In this document: positions 29,161 to 32,000 of the stretch, piece after piece | How the letters are laid out: each line of letters begins with the position of its first letter | Numbering within the stretch: the first letter of the stretch is position 1 | From: Candidatus Hadarchaeota archaeon | GTDB lineage: Archaea > Hadarchaeota > Hadarchaeia > Hadarchaeales > Hadarchaeaceae | NCBI GenBank assembly: GCA_964514965.1 | Contig: CAZETV010000001.1 | Span: 873,063 to 905,062 of the forward strand | Direction of reading: 5' to 3' | Length of the DNA stretch: 32,000 bases | Program-made: the position numbers and the translations under genes | The notes under the pieces: model-generated | Told to the model about the DNA's origin: nothing | Database searches by the model: none | The model's input: only the letters and a program-made list of their open reading frames with translations

Positions 29161-29906
29161 CTTACCAACCCACTCAACCCGTTGTACATACGATAAAACC
29201 TCAACTTATCTTCGGCGGATATTCCATATTTCTCCAAGACCTCTTCGAAAGCGTCCAAATTGGGGTCGGGGATTGGTCCTCGACATCCTTCACAAGCATT
29301 CCCCACAGATGGACAGGCCGCCCCGCAGCCTGCTCTCGTTATCGGTCCCATGCAAACAATAGGGTTCGGTTTATGGTATAGGCAGACGTTTCCTTTCATT
29401 TTACACTCAACGCAGATAGGATAATCCGGGACAAAAGGTTTCGTGCCGTTTAAAAGGGAGGCTGTGACACGCAAAAACTCCTTTTTATCGATGGGACACT
29501 CCGGGATAAAGTAATCCACCTTAATGATCGCATCGACAGGCTGGGCCAATATGGAATCAAAAACCCATGCCTTGTCCCCGTAGACCCTCTTTCTGATCTC
29601 TAGCTGATTGTGAAAGTTTTTAATGGCGTTGATTCCAGCGATATGAGCGCATGCGCCCAATGCCACACATATTTTCGCCCTCTTTCTAATTTTCCTGACC
29701 CTCTCTATATCTTGAGAAGTAGAGATCGAACCTTCGATGAAAGCAATATCGTAATCCTGTCCCTTGTAACTAGATGCCTCACGAAAGTTTACTATATCCA
29801 CCGATTCGAATAGGTCCAGAAGTTTTTCTCCTAAGGAAAGGACGGTCAACTGGCAACCTTCGCAGCAGGTGAAGTCAAAAAATGCCACTTTTGGTTTCTT
29901 CATCAT
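29157..29906 (-). CDS. hydD: NiFe hydrogenase small (delta) subunit
   Basis: FDFTCCEGCQLTVLSLGE; CVALGACAHIAGINAI; YFIPECPIDKKEF; CMGPITRAGCGAACPSVGNACEGCRGP. Confidence 0.92.
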   Translation of the reverse strand: MMKKPKVAFFDFTCCEGCQLTVLSLGEKLLDLFESVDIVNFREASSYKGQDYDIAFIEGSISTSQDIERVRKIRKRAKICVALGACAHIAGINAIKNFHNQLEIRKRVYGDKAWVFDSILAQPVDAIIKVDYFIPECPIDKKEFLRVTASLLNGTKPFVPDYPICVECKMKGNVCLYHKPNPIVCMGPITRAGCGAACPSVGNACEGCRGPIPDPNLDAFEEVLEKYGISAEDKLRFYRMYNGLSGLVR

Positions 29907-30718
29907 ATAGCCTCTGGCAAATTTTTAATTTGATTGTAGTTGAAAACTGGGCCATCTTGACAAACATAGATGTTGTTGATTTGGCAATGCCCGCATTTTC
30001 CTACTCCACATTTCATCTTGCGCTCCAATGATATCCAGATGTTTTCATCAGGAACTTTGCGATTTTTCAGTTCCCTGATGACAAAGCGATACATGACTGG
30101 TGGGCCGACAATGGCCGCTTGGGTTTTTCTAGGATCGAACTGAATATGGGGGAAAAGGTTGGTGATGACCCCTACGTTGCCCTGCCATGTTTCGTCTCCG
30201 ACATCAACCGTTACATGATACTCGACATCATCTCTTTCTTCCCAGCTATTCAACTCCTCTTTGAAAAGAAGTTCCTGTGGTCTCCTCGAACCGTAGAGGA
30301 TGTAGACTTTTCCATAATCTTCTCTGGAATTTAAAACGGTCCAGATGAAAGAACGAAGGGGGGCCAGCCCAAGCCCTCCTGCTATGAAGAGTATGTCTTT
30401 TCCCTTGAAATACTTAAGTTCAAACCCTTTACCGAAAGGACCTCGAATTCCAATTTTATCTCCTGATTTCCTGCTGTGCAGAGCTCTGGTGACATTCCCA
30501 ATCGCCCGTACACATAGTTGAAATGTCGGTAAGCTGGAGGGAGCGGACGAGATGGAGATGGGAGCCTCTCCAACGCCAAAAACCGATACCTCCACAAATT
30601 GTCCTGGCTGATAGTTGAGATTTTTTCCTGACAGAAGCTCGATTTCAAACAAACGTTCCGTTTTGGTAAGTTGTTCTATTTTGTTTATTCTTGCTATCTC
30701 GGGCGCATAGATCGTCAT
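29903..30718 (-). CDS. hydG: hydrogenase gamma subunit, FAD/NAD(P)-binding with 2Fe-2S site
   Basis: YQPGQFVEVSVFGVGEAPISISSAP; LFIAGGLGLAPLRSFIW; MKCGVGKCGHCQINNIYVCQDGPVF. Confidence 0.92.
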   Translation of the reverse strand: MTIYAPEIARINKIEQLTKTERLFEIELLSGKNLNYQPGQFVEVSVFGVGEAPISISSAPSSLPTFQLCVRAIGNVTRALHSRKSGDKIGIRGPFGKGFELKYFKGKDILFIAGGLGLAPLRSFIWTVLNSREDYGKVYILYGSRRPQELLFKEELNSWEERDDVEYHVTVDVGDETWQGNVGVITNLFPHIQFDPRKTQAAIVGPPVMYRFVIRELKNRKVPDENIWISLERKMKCGVGKCGHCQINNIYVCQDGPVFNYNQIKNLPEAI

Positions 30719-31761
30719 ATCCGCTTCCTCTTCTCATAAAGTTCATTTTCGATGTCTAAAGGATCAACAATCTTCGTTAAGCAAGCTTTTCCACATCTTC
30801 CACATCCAGTGCAAAAAGACTTCCCCCATTTTTCAAAAAGGTACCAGTCCTTCCGGTTGGTTCTGTGACGCAATCGAGTACCCCTTTCTTCTCTGAATAT
30901 CTCTCCTGAGGCCACCCTAGTGAAATCGGTAAGAAGACAACCGTCCCAGAAGCGAGAACGATTCCCCCGCTTCAAGTTTAACTCGATATAATCTCTTACA
31001 TCAAAGCAGTAACAGGTGGGGCAGACCATGTTGCAAGACCCGCAGTTGAAACACTTTGCTCCATGCTCATCCCATACACGGCTGTCGTAATTTTCTTTCA
31101 GTAGCTTGGGTAGGTCTTCAAGTTTGGGCTTAAGCTTTCGCTGCTGTTTATTAAAGAAATTGTCTCTTCTCCTTCGGATTTTTCCCAATTCCTTGGCATC
31201 TGATCGGGTCGCTTTTTTAGCAATCCCAGAAATAAGAGATTCTCCTCTTTTGGAACCTACTTCTACAAAGAAGTTGTCCCCCATATCGGTTAAGAAAAGG
31301 TCAAACCCCTCCCGCGGAAGTACGGACCCCTTGCGGTAGCAGAATGACTCTGGGGAGCAGGGGAGGAGACATTCCGCTCCGATTATAGTTAGATACCCCC
31401 GCTTCTTGAGATAATTTTCATCCAAATTTTTTTCCGAGAAAACTTTATCCAAAAGTGCAGTTCCATTTATGTCGCAAGGATGGATCCCGAGTAAAATCAC
31501 CGGTTTTGCATCCATCTTGGCCTCTACCTTGACCTCATCGTCAACTTCGTATTCGGTCAATTCTTCTTCTTGTGGGAAAAGAAAAGTTTTTGGAGGGATG
31601 ACTGTTTGAGGACCTTCCCAGAGAATCTCTTTCGTGGACTTTATCGGTTTAAAATTAGCTTGATTTTCCTGCTTCACGGGGGCTACTACTTCTTTTCCGT
31701 CTCTAATTATTCTATCAATTAACTTTAAAAAATCTTTTTTGGTTATCGAATATTTCCCCAT
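30715..31761 (-). CDS. hydB: hydrogenase beta subunit, 4Fe-4S (sulfhydrogenase/anaerobic sulfite reductase A-like); start inferred inside ORF 30715..31809
   Basis: KCFNCGSCNMVCPTCYCFDVRD; FCTGCGRCGKACLTKIDPLD-like cluster motif; MGKYSITKKDFLKLIDRI start. Confidence 0.9.
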   Translation of the reverse strand: MGKYSITKKDFLKLIDRIIRDGKEVVAPVKQENQANFKPIKSTKEILWEGPQTVIPPKTFLFPQEEELTEYEVDDEVKVEAKMDAKPVILLGIHPCDINGTALLDKVFSEKNLDENYLKKRGYLTIIGAECLLPCSPESFCYRKGSVLPREGFDLFLTDMGDNFFVEVGSKRGESLISGIAKKATRSDAKELGKIRRRRDNFFNKQQRKLKPKLEDLPKLLKENYDSRVWDEHGAKCFNCGSCNMVCPTCYCFDVRDYIELNLKRGNRSRFWDGCLLTDFTRVASGEIFREERGTRLRHRTNRKDWYLFEKWGKSFCTGCGRCGKACLTKIVDPLDIENELYEKRKRI

Positions 31762-31820
31762 TTTTTCACCATTCTGGATTTCCAAATTCACTGCTATCCA
31801 AGCCATCACCTTTATCAGGC

Positions 31821-31828
31821 TTATTTAA
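31821..31828 (-). promoter_or_regulatory. candidate TATA box of the hydrogenase operon
   Basis: Minus strand TTAAATAA about 60 nt upstream of the inferred hydB start. Confidence 0.4.
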
Positions 31829-31830
31829 TT

Positions 31831-31849
31831 AATTATCGTATCGATAATT
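31831..31849. promoter_or_regulatory. perfect 8+3+8 inverted repeat, candidate operator
   Basis: AATTATCG-TAT-CGATAATT immediately upstream of the candidate TATA box. Confidence 0.4.
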
Positions 31850-32000
31850 TCTTGTTGAATCGCAATTCATGTTTAATATTCCCCCGATAGAGAAATTTTT
31901 GTCCATGTTAAACCTTTTCGTTCTTTAATTAAGCAGCTCCAGCATTTGAAGTGCAAGTTAGTTTGTAATAGGCGTCGCGAAAGGAGTTGCCTTTCTTTTT

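Noticed and set aside
26890-31877. 10-mer CATGTTTAAT on both sides of the hydrogenase block (26890-26899 and 31868-31877), considered as insertion-site repeats
   Set aside because: Short and AT-rich, expected by chance over this scale; no integrase or transposase, no tRNA, no longer flanking identity.
1-32000. CRISPR arrays, transposons, tRNA/rRNA genes, toxin-antitoxin or defence genes
   Set aside because: None recognised: no regularly spaced repeats, transposase motifs or rRNA/tRNA signatures were seen in the intergenic DNA.

Overview
This 32 kb window is a gene-dense archaeal chromosome segment with no RNA genes, CRISPR arrays or transposons that I can support. Plus strand, left side: a SPASM-type radical SAM gene (apparently frameshifted), endA, trpS and a B12-binding radical SAM gene. 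Next come the A/V-type ATPase genes, split into a divergent atpA-atpB pair (minus strand) and an H-I-K-E-C-F-D run (plus strand). These are followed by a DUF61-like gene, secF-secD, trmI, the mevalonate-entry triad (HMG-CoA synthase / thiolase / DUF35 OB-fold) with a nearby HTH regulator, an HTH-CBS gene divergent from archaeal SAM synthetase, archaeosine tgtA, an Lrp-like regulator and ribose-1,5-bisphosphate isomerase. The right end is a sulfhydrogenase-type (group 3) NiFe hydrogenase operon (beta-gamma-delta-alpha). The best lead for something undescribed is the last gene of that operon: one ORF fuses a HycI-like hydrogenase maturation protease to a Crp/cNMP-binding-like sensor domain with no HTH. 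That sensor domain has altered phosphate-binding-cassette residues and a possible internal translation start. A perfect 19-bp palindrome lies just upstream of the hydrogenase promoter. Other notable points are the split ATPase operon, a 4-TM ATPase K subunit with only one ion-binding carboxylate and a Na+-type ligand set, a tgtA lacking the expected PUA domain, and two homopolymer-associated frame anomalies. All family calls come from reading motifs by eye; no database search was run.
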